64,000 nt of DNA from Camelus ferus. Its lineage: Eukaryota. Below are positions 11,420 through 23,884 of the stretch, piece after piece; positions within the stretch are counted from its first letter, which is position 1; each line of letters starts with the position of its first letter. The notes under the pieces were generated by a model, which worked only from the letters and a program-made list of their open reading frames with translations, ran no database searches and was not told the origin of the DNA. Both the position numbers and the translations under genes were made by a program. Location of the stretch: the NCBI RefSeq assembly GCF_009834535.1, contig NC_045705.1, positions 53,940,001 to 54,004,000 of the forward strand. Direction: 5' to 3'.

Positions 11420-12390
11420 CGCATTATTTAATGTCATTTAATTTATCCGTGTTGCCTTTTTAGTCCTGTTCTGCTTTTCCACTTGGAGTTTCAATAATAT
11501 TACAGATACTCTACATTTTTATTTAGCAGTACTATAAATATATTCCATTTTGTTAGTTTTAAAATTATGTCTCCCAAGCCTCACTTCTTTCAGCCCATTA
11601 CATTGTGGTAAGAAGTTTTATGATCGAAGTCTCACTTTCCGATGCTTTAAATAGTTACTCCAGTATTTTCTTTAGGTTGGAAGTTCCTGTACTCCAGAAA
11701 ATCTCTCCACACCATTCATTTGTATGTCCTTTTTGTGTGGAAGGATTTACATACTAATTAAATTTTTTTGATGGTTAAATTGTTCTTCAGGTTTACTTTT
11801 TCAGTTTGAGTTAATTTGATTAATTTTATTGTTCTAGATATCCTGGTTTACCTAAGTTATCAAAATTTTACATAGAATGATTCATAATTACTGTTATAGT
11901 CTGGTCAATATCTTTTACCTTTCCTGTATTGGTTATTTGTACTTTCTTTTAAAAATTTTTTATAAGTCCAATACAAATCACTATAAAAAAGCAAATATTT
12001 GGCAATATTAATCCTCTTCATTGTGTGTTGATTTTCTATTTGATTAATTTCTGCTGTTTATTTTATAATTCTTTCCCTTCTACGACCCTGGGTTTTATAT
12101 TAATAATCTTTTCTACCTATGGAAATGAATGGAAACATTATTCATTCTTAACTATTTTGTCTTTTCTAGTATTTCTAGCATTAGGTTCCTTTTAAAATCT
12201 TCTGTACCTGTAGCATAAGATTTTATATGCAATTTTTCTTATGATTCAGTTGTTTTCTAATTTTTATTTGATTTTTTCCTATGATCTGTTGGACACTAAT
12301 TTGCATACTAATTCATTTCCAAATATGTAGATGTTTTTGTACTTACCTTTTTGTTATTGATTTCTAGTTTTATTGCACTATATTTAAAAA
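11420..12390 (-). mobile_element. Degraded old LINE-1 fragments
   Basis: T-rich L1-antisense text, e.g. TTGTTATTGATTTCTAGTTTTATTGCACT. Confidence 0.5.
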
Positions 12391-12846
12391 AGGGACTTTT
12401 CCTAAGCTACCAGATGTTTCCATTAACTAAGATGGTTAACATGCGCCAATAACCTGTATGTAGAAATGCCATATAACTCTTATAAAAACTATCAAGTCCA
12501 ACCAAAAAAACATACAGTTTTGTTAAACTTATCAACACAGGCTCATTTGTAAATAAATATGTAGTTTTGGCAAAGGACTTGAGAGCTTTGGGAAAGAAAA
12601 ACTAGATTGCCAAAGAGTGGTAGTACATCTTTTATAAAATCCAAAGTTGCTTTATAACTTCTTTGAGAAATTTTTATGTGGCACACAAGTTCTTTATATT
12701 TGGCCTGTGATCTTGTACAGACTCCTAAACAGTGCCTTTGTTCAGAATTCTATATAGACACGACATGGCATTTAAGATCCTAGATGTCATGTATCATTCT
12801 CTTTACAGTAAAGGTTAACAAAATCCTTTGACTTCTCTAAGGACGC

Positions 12847-13991
12847 AGTTGACGTTTGTGAACTTTTTCTTTCCCCTAAGTCCTGAGAGAAACGGAATGC
12901 CACCTGTGTTACATACAACCTTGAATGTAACAAAAATGATTCTTTAATTTGTAAAATGCATCTGGAGGTGAGGACATAAAGAATAAATAGAGTCTATGCG
13001 TTTATGCTTTCTCTGAGTGCAGTGATTCTGATAACCAGAAGCAGTGCTTGCAGGGGCCCTGAAACTATATCTGGCAGCATTATGAGATATAATGGTCCCA
13101 CTTTTGATCATGACACTTCTGAGGTAGGATGGCTTCTCTGCCTGTGCTGTCTCTTGGGATCCACTATGAAGACCTGTGAGGATTATGCTTACCAAAGAGA
13201 AATCCCTGGTATACACTCTGGCATGGTGAATTTTTCACTTATGACGTTCTGTATGGTTGTTTTGCATACTATTTAGTCATTATTTTTGGTTTTCTGCAAT
13301 TATATATATTTTCAAATTGTCTTTTATCTTTTTAAATGAAGTACTAGTATAGTCTGTCTATTAATTCCCACATCTTAAATCTTAATGATTTTATACCTGT
13401 TGTCTGTTGTTTCCATGGCTCCCACAATATGCTTGGTATCTTGTTTCCTTTGTTCTTTTTTTTTTTTTCACTGTGTGTGGGTTATTGTATTTTAATAATT
13501 TTGGTGGGAAAAAAAAGTGAGGCTTGAGTTGTTTGTTTCCTAATTCAGTTCACCCTCAGGCACCATCTGTCCTTGACTATCTTATATCCAAGTTCAAGGC
13601 TTGAGACTGTCTAGATCTTCAGGGCTGCCCATCCATGCAGAACTTGGTCACTGCGGGTTTCTGCTTATCCTGAGGACATATGCGAGGTGCATCAATCAGC
13701 ATTCTCACCTAGATTTTGACTCATCCTTCTCCCATCCCAAAGAACACTAGATCTAGGACCAGTTTGGTAACAGTTCTTTCCGGCCAGTCAAATTCTCTCA
13801 TTAGTACTGAGGCGTTTGTGAGTGTTAGGTTTACTACTCTGGGTTCTCACAGTTCCTTAGGAAGCAATTCTGTATTATCCTATAACATCTAATGTGATAT
13901 TTAAGATAACTTGAACATTTTATCATCTGTTTTGGTTGTGCTCACTATGGGATACAAATTACCAAACCTGCCACAATTGGAAAAGAAGGCC
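12847..13991 (-). repeat. Right arm of ~1.1 kb inverted duplication
   Basis: Reverse complement of 8547-9675; 13843-13945 is identical to 8592-8694. Confidence 0.95.
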
Positions 13992-14059
13992 CAAAGTTTG
14001 ATGGTATGCATGTGAGTGGAAGATTAGACTTGCACAAATGTGCACAGGTAGCACGATAT

Positions 14060-14360
14060 TCGACAGGAAGTGTCCTCACCTCCTGCATCATTTCTCAGAA
14101 TCTTCCCAGTGAGGCCTCCACTGACACTTCCTGTCTGGCATGTTAATCTCCATTACTCTTTCTGCTTTTTCTTTCTCCATTGCACTATCCCTGTCGAATA
14201 GTCTGAATCACTGACTTGTTGGTTTTATTGTCCTCTTATGCTGTAAGATAAATTTTGTGAGGGCAGATATTTTGGATACTTGTCACTTAAATATTTCCAA
14301 TGGCCTAAGACTGTCTCTGGAATGTAAGAATAATTCAGTAAAATTTTTGAATATATAAAA
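14060..14360 (+). mobile_element. LINE-2 3' end
   Basis: CCCAGTGAGGCCTCC...TGTGAGGGCAGATATTTTG...AAATGAATGCATGA. Confidence 0.6.
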
Positions 14361-15282
14361 GAACAAATGAATGCATGAGATGATGAACGCCTCATGAGTC
14401 TGTCAACAAAAAGACAGAATTTGTGTCTGAAACATTAAAGAGTCGACAGAAAAGGTCAATACATGTGTTTGTCATCAGCATATTAAAGGTTGATTTAGCC
14501 TTTCCAGAGGGCAGTCAAAAGTTCAGGGAAGAGACATTGCTGTCCCTTTCAGCTTCAAGAGTAGGATGTAGGCCTGATCATGACCAATTCACTCTAAGAG
14601 TTTGTTCCACTCAGTCCCTGAGGAGTTTAGGGACCTACTTATTCCCACAGAGAAGTCATCTCTGGACCTGACAGATTTCACAGATCAGTCAGGGATATCT
14701 TACCCTGTTCTTCTCTGGGGATCCTCTGTATGGTGACTGGAGCTAGAGACCAGGAACACAGGCCAGAACTTACAGGTTTATAAAGTCCATCCTCAGCAGA
14801 CAACCTTCCTGCAAGACTATCTCCAGAACCCTTCTACATGATTCTACTTTGTCATTTCCACTCAGAATGTCATCAGTCAAAACTATAGTTATCATACTCA
14901 TTACAGGATAAAGTTGAAAATGGAAATAGTATTAAAGGTTTAGAGGTACAATAATCTTAATATATGGCAGAGTACAATTTTGCAAAAAAAAAATGTACAT
15001 GACATTTTAAAGCAATTTTCATCAGTTTAAAATATTTTTTCATGGTACCAATTTGTTTTTCTCAGTTATAAATATTATTTAATCTTATTGAATAAAGCTC
15101 ACTCTGGATCTCTGACTTAAAATTTGATATCTGAAAATCCACCCCTCCCTACATTTACTAAAAAACTGCACCCTGGCTAATGACGTTGGATGGATACATT
15201 TAAACCACAGACACTCAACTTCCTCTTTTTATTATATTTATGGCGTATTATTATATCAAACCCTATGAAATAAGTGGCTTCA

Positions 15283-16224
15283 CTAAGAAAGCATTTTTCC
15301 AAGCTCTCTCTTCAGAGCCCCCTTAATCTCACTGTTCCTCAGACTGTAGATGAGGGGGTTCAACATGGGGATCACCACCATGTAGAACACAGACACCACC
15401 TTGTTCTGGTCAGTTGAGTAGCTGGACTTGGGCATCACATAAATGAATGTGATGGTGCCAAAGAACAGAGTGACCACTGTGAGGTGGGATGTGCAGGTGG
15501 AGAAGGCCTTATGGCGCCCCTCAGTGGAGTACATCTTCAGGATAGTGATGAGGATGTAGATGTAGGAGATGGCTATGACAGTCACTGTGACCACAATGAT
15601 GAAGCCAGCCGTAAATGAGGGCACAGTTGTGGGGATACTGATGTCAGAACAGGAGAGTTCAACCAAAGGAGCAAAATCACAGAAAAAATGATTGACTCGA
15701 TTTGCTCCACAGAAGAGTAAAAAATAGAAGGAAATAGTAAAGGAGGAAGCATTGAGAAAACCACCAATATAAGCCACTGTAAGTAACTGAACACAGACTT
15801 GTGTGGACATTTTGGTGGAATAAAGCAGTGGGTTGCAGATTGCCATGAAGCGATCATATGCCATGGCAGCCAGAATGAAGCACTCAGTTGACCCAAAGAA
15901 AACGACGGAACCAAGCTGAATGGCACATCCAGGATAGGAGATGGTATTTGTCTCCACCAGGAAGTTTACAAGCATATTGGGTGTAACAGAAGATGAATAG
16001 CCCATGTCAGCAAAGGCCAAGTGGCTCAGGAAAAAATACATAGGATGGTGGAGCTGAGAAGAGATTCTGATAAGAATGATTGTGCTGAGATTGCCAGATA
16101 TGGTCACCAGGTAGATAGATAGGATGATCATGAAGAGGATGATTCGAAGGACTGGGTCATTTGTTAAGCCCAGTAGAATGAACTCTGTCACTGCAGTGTG
16201 GTTCCCATCTCCCAGGGAATCCAT
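15283..16224 (-). CDS. Olfactory receptor OR5P2/OR5P3-like, intact, 313 aa (copy a)
   Basis: [51 protein letters not shown] and [12 protein letters not shown]; closely matches my recall of human OR5P2/3. Confidence 0.95.
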   Translation of the reverse strand: MDSLGDGNHTAVTEFILLGLTNDPVLRIILFMIILSIYLVTISGNLSTIILIRISSQLHHPMYFFLSHLAFADMGYSSSVTPNMLVNFLVETNTISYPGCAIQLGSVVFFGSTECFILAAMAYDRFMAICNPLLYSTKMSTQVCVQLLTVAYIGGFLNASSFTISFYFLLFCGANRVNHFFCDFAPLVELSCSDISIPTTVPSFTAGFIIVVTVTVIAISYIYILITILKMYSTEGRHKAFSTCTSHLTVVTLFFGTITFIYVMPKSSYSTDQNKVVSVFYMVVIPMLNPLIYSLRNSEIKGALKRELGKMLS

Positions 16225-16799
16225 GGTGTAACATAGCTATTACCATAACGAACCTGTGACAGAAAAGTGCATTAAAGAAGTTATAAATTTGATAATTTCA
16301 TTTTCTATAACACATATGAGAAGTGATTACAAATAAAGATATCCAAGAATTGATCCATATTTACATGCAATTATGAGTCTATCTCTATTTTTAAAATTAC
16401 TTTTAGCAGGAATGCCTGAAAACTTCCTTGAAATGGTGTCTTCTACTTTTTTTTTATTATGTTGTTTCCAAATATGCACTTAAAGTGGCTATAAAGTGAA
16501 GAAATAATATAGGACAGTTGAGAATAGCAAAAAAGACCAGTAAGTATTATAATAAAAAAATAAGAAATGTGTTGTTTTATAATAGACTTGAATAATAACT
16601 AACCATTACTTTATCATTACTAAATTATAAGGTTAAAATTTTTATATTTATATATTTACAATTTAATGTATCTACATAGTCTATGCTTATAATTTAGTCT
16701 ATATTTATAGTGTAATTAGTATATATATATTTAATGTGTATAGAGAGAGAGACTATTTTTTCATAAAATGATATTAATTACTTTCATTATTTTATAAGT

Positions 16800-16920
16800 G
16801 AGTAAACTGAGTCTGAGGAGGTTATGTAAGCTTCACAATATTGTGTAGTAATTGGTAGAGTAAGAATATGAATGAAGCCCAGGAAAGTCTGACTACCCAT
16901 TTCTTTAGTAACTATGCAGT
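16800..16920 (-). mobile_element. MIR fragment in the OR5P-a upstream intron
   Basis: GAGTAAACTGAGTCTGAGGAGGTTATG...CCCAGGAAAGTCTGAC. Paralog at ~29030-29240. Confidence 0.55.
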
Positions 16921-17870
16921 AAGTAATACTGACCATGAAGTCTGGGACACCTTGCAGTGGGTGGATAACAAATTACCCTTCAAGCCTTCTGGTAGTTACG
17001 TATAAAAGAGAAACCTAGTTTATTACAGATTTTACAATATCTATCAGTTTAAAAATTTTTTAAGGGTGAAATAAAAGTGTTCTTGATACCGATAATAGAA
17101 ATGAATTTTGAATTATGGTTGTGAATGAAGTTACTGGTAAATTTACTGGATTTTTTTGATTAAAATATTGTTTTATCAAGTAGCTTGAGATACTGATGTA
17201 ATTTCTATGCAAGAAGCATGACGGATATTTAGTACATAATTAAAGTACTTTTATTCAGACAAATCAAATCACTTCCTACTTTAACAATGTTTTCTAATTG
17301 GATTTTTGTAGAGGGAAATACTATTTTCAACATAATATGTAGCTGAATAAAATGTGGCTTAAAACTTAAGAAGGATCACCCACATAGTGGTCCTCATCTC
17401 CAAATTTTCTGACTTATATTTTGAGCTTTACATACTCTGTTTCCTCTTGAAGCTAAAGCATCAGACCCATAAACAAAGTAAGTTTTTTTCAAAGATATTT
17501 ACAGTATCTTTCAATTTTAAAATCTTCAATTTAAACCTTTAATTTTTAAACACGAATAAATGCCCAAAGCATCTCTGCTAATAAATATATTAGCATTAGC
17601 TTGTAGTGCTGAGTTTGGAGTATGTTAAAAAGCCATATGAGTTTCCATCTTGTGGGAAGGTAAATATGGAATACTTGACATAGACTGTGCCTGTTTATTC
17701 ACAAAAAATTGATGGTGAAAACAGCAGTTCAACTAAAGTTGCTTACTAACTGCTTGATTACATTGGCCCTTTTTCCCAACTATAACTTTGAGTACAGCTG
17801 TAACTTCAGGGAGTAGAGTGTTCCAAAATGGTAAATGAAAATCAATACATCAAATTCATTAACAAAAGCT

Positions 17871-17887
17871 AAAATCTTACCTCCTGG
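17871..17887 (-). promoter_or_regulatory. Putative splice donor of a 5' non-coding exon of OR5P-a
   Basis: Minus strand GAG|GTAAGATTTT with GT at 17880-17879. It is conserved at 30207-30206 in copy b. The matching acceptor is TTTTCTGTCACAG| at 16255-16254. Confidence 0.55.
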
Positions 17888-18096
17888 AATAAGAACTCAT
17901 TCATCTGTAACAAATCTTGATGATTGTGGTTATAAAGCTATCTTTAATTTTTGTTTGCCTTTGGGGATAAATCTCTGAAGATTCTAGAGATTCGAATGTG
18001 AATTCAAAAGCAATGTGGGACATCATTATGTTCTATAGTGGATATTGAGCAGCTCAATTCACACACAGAAACAACTAATCTTTTAAGAGTCTGTCA

Positions 18097-18424
18097 GATC
18101 TCCTGGGAGTTTGAAATTTGTAGATACTGACAGGCATATGTAGAATAGATAAACAAGATTATACTGTATAGCACAGGGAAATATATACAAGATCTTGTGG
18201 TACCTCACAGTGAAAAAGAATGCAACGATGAATATATGTATCCTCATGTATAATTGAAAATTTGTGCTCTACACTGGAAATTGACACAACATTGTAAACT
18301 GACTATAACTCAATTAAAAAAACTATTTAAAGAATGAAAGCTGAGTTGAAGATAGCAAGAAAGAAAAGTTAAAGCAGACATGTCGAGTTCAAAATAAACA
18401 TTTTCCTTTTAACTTTAAAAAAAA
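18097..18424 (+). mobile_element. Camelid-type L1 3' end plus a ~94-nt 3' transduction
   Basis: L1 tail ends TCAATTAAAAAAA at 18322, followed by non-L1 sequence with AATAAA (18393-18398) and a second A-run (18417-18424). TSD AA(G/A)AGTCTGTCA at 18085-18096 and 18421-18432. Confidence 0.75.
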
Positions 18425-18845
18425 GTCTGTCAATTCTCAAGTGGTCAGTTTATTCTTTTGCTTCTGACTAGGTGTTTATACTTATGTCTATAGCCTTCAT
18501 TTAATAATTATCAAAAACTATAATATAATAAATTATCTTAGACATAAATATTGGTTCCAAGTTTTCTTTGATATTTCTGATTAAGAAATAGTACTAAATA
18601 TCAGATACAAAAAAATAACCTTAGATTTATCCATTCAATATGTGTTTATGGATAAGTATTTTATATTGGTATTTGTAAGGCATACCAATAATTACTTTGG
18701 GCAAATAGGTGGTGGAGATTGATGTGAAGTTGAATTTTAAATAAAAAATTTTAGACAGGTACATTAATTATCATATCAAAAGTAAGAAAGTAAAAGCCTT
18801 GAAAGTCATATAGAGAACTACAAAGTAAAAACAGGTTTGGATGAC

Positions 18846-19715
18846 CCCTGGGCCATGCAGCCAGAACCCAGGACCTGCCTGCCAGTGGTCTGAAGCATCC
18901 CACATTCTCCTGGACCCGAATTTCTCCCACCAGTGATTCAGCACTAGCCTTGTGGCCCCCTTATGTTTCTGTGGCCAGCTGCCTCATGACCTGGCCCCAC
19001 CAACCAGCAGCCAGCAGCTCCTGCACAAGGCAGGGCCTGGCAGCCAACCAGGCTGAGGGCCAATGAAGCCTACCAGACTGCCCAGAATAGTCAGCCTACC
19101 ACAATAGGACCCAGGCAACCTGTACAGATGCCACTCCTAGAGCATATAACTCTGGTGACAAGAAGGGAGTGTGCTGCAGGATTACATAGGACATCTTATA
19201 CAAAAGGCCACTTTTTCAAGGTCAGGAAATGTAACCAACCTACCAAACACATAGAAATAAAAACATAGGCAAAATGAGATGACAGAGGAACACATTTCAA
19301 ATGAAGGAAAAAGATAAAACCCCAGAAGAAGAACTAAGCTAAATGAAGGTAGGCAATCTGTAATGATTGTAAAGATGATCAAAGAACTCAGAAAATGAAT
19401 GGATGCACAGAATGAGAAGTTAAAAGTTTTTAACAAAGAGTTAGAAAACATAAAGACAACCAAACAGAGATGAAGACTACAATAGCTGAGATGAAAAATA
19501 CACTGGAAGGAATCAATAGTAAATGAAATGATACAGAGGAACAGGTCAGTGAACTAGAAGACAGAGTAGTGGAAATCACAGCTGCTGAACAGAAAGAAGG
19601 AAAAAGAATGAAAAGAAATGAGGAAAGTTGAGGAGTCCTCTGGGGCAACATTGAGTGCACTAATATTCATATTATAGGGGTCCCAGAGAGAAAAAAGAAC
19701 GGTGCTGAGAGATAA
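18846..19715 (+). mobile_element. LINE-1 5' UTR/ORF1 fragment
   Basis: Decayed ORF1 text: GAAAAATACACTGGAAGGAATCAATAGT...GAAGACAGAGTAGTGGAAATCAC...ATTCATATTATAGGGGTCCCAGAG. Confidence 0.85.
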
Positions 19716-19769
19716 AATAACCCTGAGGGAATCATCTACATCCCAAGATTTTTTTTTTAACACATTGAT

Positions 19770-20665
19770 TTTCCAACATTTAAATTGTTATTCAGAATTA
19801 TAAGTGCAAACATCATAGAAAATTCTTTATCATATTAGAATTTTAAAATATTTTTGACGCCATCACGTTGGGTGATAGATTGACAGGGCACGAGACTCCT
19901 GATATCTAAAGCAATAGTCTCAAAATAATGGTTTCCGTGGGCCAGAGGACCCTCATTAAAATCTTTATGGTATTGAGCTCCATCCTTAAGGAGTGAAGAA
20001 CACACAACCTTTTATATTAGGAAGACTAGTGTCAGAGGGGACTCATTACAAGCATTCAAGAGAAAAAATTACTGTAAAACTTATCCCTGTATTATGAAAT
20101 GCATGAAATCACAGGAAGTATTGCAGAAAGCTAAATCTAGTCTTATGATTCCAAGTTCTTCCTTCAGCTTAATACCTTATGAATTTAAGAGAATAGAAAG
20201 TGATTTTCCTTCTTTAGAAAGTGAGAATTATCCTCTTTACAATTAATATTATCTTATGTCTTCTAATAATCTAGTACCTGTAGATGTTAATAGCCTGTTG
20301 GAAAATATTAATGAAAATATGGACACAGATAATCTAGGAATTAAGAATGTTGTCAATTCTCTACTCCTGGTACAGCTGGCACACAGAAAATAGTACTGGG
20401 GAAGCTTTGAAAAACTGCAAACAGAGAAGAGGATGCCAAACTCAAGGCAAAGGCCATGATAGTAAAGAAAATAAGGCTTGTGGAAAACAAACAGAAAGGC
20501 TGGGAAAAAAAATATTATAGATATATTGCTCTCCAGTACCTGCCACTGTGATTGGGAAAAATAAAAATGTCCTATTGACATATTCTTCCATTAGTACCGT
20601 GCTAGAATAGTATTAAAATCCCCAGAATTCACCGTCAAAATATAAGAAAAGTATCAAAGGTTCTC
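19770..20665 (-). pseudogene. Highly decayed olfactory receptor pseudogene, copy 2
   Basis: Motif remnants in order: EFWGF (~20630), SNISIIFFF...HKP-YF (20530-20470; cf. GNISIIILI...HTPMY), MAFALSLASSS (20457-20425), HKDF (~19969) and YSLRN-like codons (~19803). The H-to-Y spacing is ~679 nt versus 702 nt in OR5P-a. Confidence 0.55.
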
Positions 20666-21304
20666 TTCGAAAATTAATGAGAAAGATTATGCAGAGTACA
20701 TATACCCTCATATCCTGGAGATTTGTCTTCTTGGAGAAGCCTGCCAAGAACCTGTAGATATGGGTAAAGATGTACTTTTTTTTAAACTGTCTATTTTATT
20801 TTATTTATTTGCTTATTTATTTATTAACTCTTTCTTTGTTTTGCCGTAGGATGTTCATACTTGCTCTTCCAACACAGCTTAAAGTCAATTTTCTATTGAT
20901 CTTTTAGGTTTCATACTTGCTGGGAAACCTTTACATCCGCCCTCAATATCAGCAGTCAAGATCAGGAGCACCATGAAAAACACCCTGTAAGTTGCCATGT
21001 TAATAGGGTGCTATTCAGAGCAATTTCTTTGTTTTTTTTTAATTGCATATATGTGTTTCTTTATTTGACAAGTGATATAAAATATTTTGATGAGCATTTT
21101 CAAATTGCTTTGCTTATTTTCTCCCATAATTCCTTTTGTAGTACAAGGAAGTTTTCTTTTTTTAAACCTGGACAGCATCTTAATTGACAAATGATAGGGA
21201 CTGAGTTTCATACTTGCAATCCTAGTAGAGTTGAAATTGAATACCTATATGCAGATCATCCATGGCAGACTTTAGTTGTGACTTGTCCTTCTCTTTGCTA
21301 TTCT

Positions 21305-21670
21305 TTCTTTTTTTTTTTTTCTTGGTATATATATTTTTTATTGAAGTATAGTCAGTTTACAACATTGTGTCAGTTTCTGGTGTACAGCATAATACTTGTC
21401 ATATATATATATATATCTGTTTTCATATTCTTTTTCACTATAAGTTACTATGAGATATTGAATATAGTTTTCTCTGCTATACCATATGAACTTGTTGTTT
21501 ATCTATTTTATACGCATTAGTTAGTATCTACAAATCTCAAACTCCCAATTTAACCCTTCCCACTCCCTTCCCCATCTGGTAGCCATAAGTTTGTTTTCTA
21601 TGTCTGTGAGTCTCTGTTTTATAAACAAGTTTTTTTTGTGGTTTTTTTTTCTTAGATTCCACTTATAATA
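21305..21670 (-). mobile_element. LINE-1 3' end (camelid/cetartiodactyl type)
   Basis: Poly(T) then TATTGAAGTATAGTCAGTTTACAACATTGTGTCAGTTTCTGGTGTACAGC...TTAGATTCCAC. Confidence 0.85.
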
Positions 21671-22324
21671 GGTGTTTAAGTAAAATTAATTTTGAATACA
21701 CTAAAGAAATGGATTATGGAAATACCCCAAATAATAATCATGAGAGACTTTCTGGAAAAGATGGAATTCCATTTTTACCTACAGTCGCTGAAATAGCCTT
21801 ACTCAAAAGCCTACATTTACTAAACTGAGGCTGAAAGATGGGGGCTACAGAATTTTAAAACTGGTCCCTGCCTGTCTAGTACCGGAGTCAAGCTTTAAAA
21901 AAAGAAGAAGAAAAGAAGAAAGAGAGGAGAACCTCATCTCAATAAAACGAGATGTGAATCTAGGAGAAAACACTAACAGAGCCAGGGAGTTTAAGTAGAC
22001 TTCTGTGGGGANNNNNNNNNNNNNNNNNNNNNNNNNNNNNNNNNNNNNNNNNNNNNNNNNNNNNNNNNNNNNNNNNNNNNNNNNNNNNNNNNNNNNNNNN
22101 NNNNNNNNNNNNNNNNNNNNNNNNNNNNNNNNNNNNNNNNNNNNNNNNNNAAATTAGGGTTAGTGGGGAAGTGATATTTTAAGGGATGCCAGGCCTTTAG
22201 CAGACAAAAAAGGGCAGAAAGGGCATTGCAGATTAGAGGAAATAAACTTGTGCAAAGTGGAAACCACAAGAGACACACATTGTTTGAAACAGGAGAATGT
22301 TCCCCATATAGGGGAGGTCGGTGG

Positions 22325-22954
22325 TGTTACTGAACCAAACTTGGGTCCCCAGCCCAAGTGCAGTAAAGAGAATCTAGTGACACTGGATTGTGGTGAAGAA
22401 AAGTAAGTGTTTATTGCAAGGCATCCAACATGGGGCCAAGCAAGGAGAATGGGCAGCTCATGCTCAAAAGACTTGAACTCTCTGATGGCTTTTAGGGAAG
22501 GCTTTTTAAAGGCAAGGTGAGAGAGAAGGTCACAGTGTGCATGATCACCTCATGGACATCCTTCTGATTGGTTGGTAGTGAAGTAACAGGATGGTATTTC
22601 ATTAACCTTCTGGTTCCAACCTATCTGGGGGTCTACATACTTGTGCTCAGCATATAGTTAATTTCTTCCATCTGGTGGGGTTTTAGTATCTGCAAATGAA
22701 CTAAGGATATAGCTCAGAATATTATCTGTAGCCTTTGAGGAGGAACTGAAGTTTCTTGACTTTGTTTTATGGCTAAGCTATTATTTTATCTTGCTTGACT
22801 CTTTTCTCTTGTTTCTGCATTTTCTCACTTCTCTAATTAAATGTGCTCTTTGAAACTCAAGGAAGGCTTAGGAGGCTAAAGCTTTGCTACAAGCAAGAGG
22901 CAGGGGACATGTTCCTGGTAAGGCCCTCCAGGGTCCTGCTCAGTTTCAGTAACA
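22325..22954 (-). mobile_element. Solo LTR, probably ERV1 class, 630 bp
   Basis: Termini TGTTACTGAA...TTCAGTAACA form a perfect 10-bp inverted repeat. A minus-strand AATAAA is followed by a U5-like stretch. No TSD was recognised. Confidence 0.75.
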
Positions 22955-23884
22955 GGAAATGAGGCTAAAGTTAAGATCTTGAATGCCATGCTAGAATATT
23001 TGCACTAAGGGAAGTCTTAATACCAACTAGTCAAGCAAATAGTCTCTGGAATCTCACTGCCTTGCTGTGACTATACTGTGTATGTACACTTACCAGCTAT
23101 ACATCACCTTTAGCAAATTAAGTAACTCTCTAAGCTATAGTTTCCTCACTTCAAACATGGTCATGATAATAGCACTTATACTTATGACACTCTTATGATG
23201 GCTATGAGAAATTTGAGATGTATTACTGAAGCATACAATGATGTTTAGAAGTATTAAAATTCCCTGCTTTGTAAGCAAAGGTTATCTAAAACATGACAAA
23301 AATGAAAAGATGTAGCATGATCATAGATTTGATATAGAAAATATAGTAGGAGGTGAAGGATAGACCTGGAAGAGGGAAAAAATAGATGTAGCAAAAATCC
23401 ACATGAGAGATAGATTAGAATGCAGGAGGTATTTTTTTAGTTAGGATCCTGGAATCTAGGAAATGTGAACAAGAGAGGATGACAAATCAGAGTAATTCAA
23501 GCTAGGGCCTAAAAGTGAATAAGAGTCTGATAGAAGTAGAATGGAGGAAGGGAAACTGAGGCAGAGGGAACACCACCTGCAAAGGTACAGTAGCATGAAG
23601 GACTGTGAAGTGTTGGGAAACTAGAAAGCACTGTTGTCTGCTTTGAGTGTAGGGTAGGCAGAGGGATGTGGTGGAAACTGAGCCAGGAGCAGTGTCTAGG
23701 GATCTGTTTGTGATGAACATCACATATCAGGTGGGGGTACTTGAATTTCCTCCCGTAGCTAGTGTGTGGCTAGTCACCATTTTTGACACTATCAGTGACT
23801 TAATATTTTCTGTATTCAGAAATCTAAAATCTTGTATGACAGTGGTTTTGGTGGTATCATAGACATTTAGGATATTATATTATG

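Larger units (their letters stand above)
14420..18845. repeat. Segmental duplication block carrying OR5P copy a; direct paralog of ~26790-30818
   Basis: Flanks align by eye on both sides of the CDS, e.g. 14670 GACCTGACAG vs 27016, and 18813 ATAGAGAACTACAAAGTAAAAACAGGTTTGGATGA vs 30784. Confidence 0.9.

Noticed and set aside
18098-18109. TCTCCTGGGAGT as an O/E (Ebf) site
   Set aside because: It is an imperfect match formed at the L1 insertion junction and is absent from the paralog.
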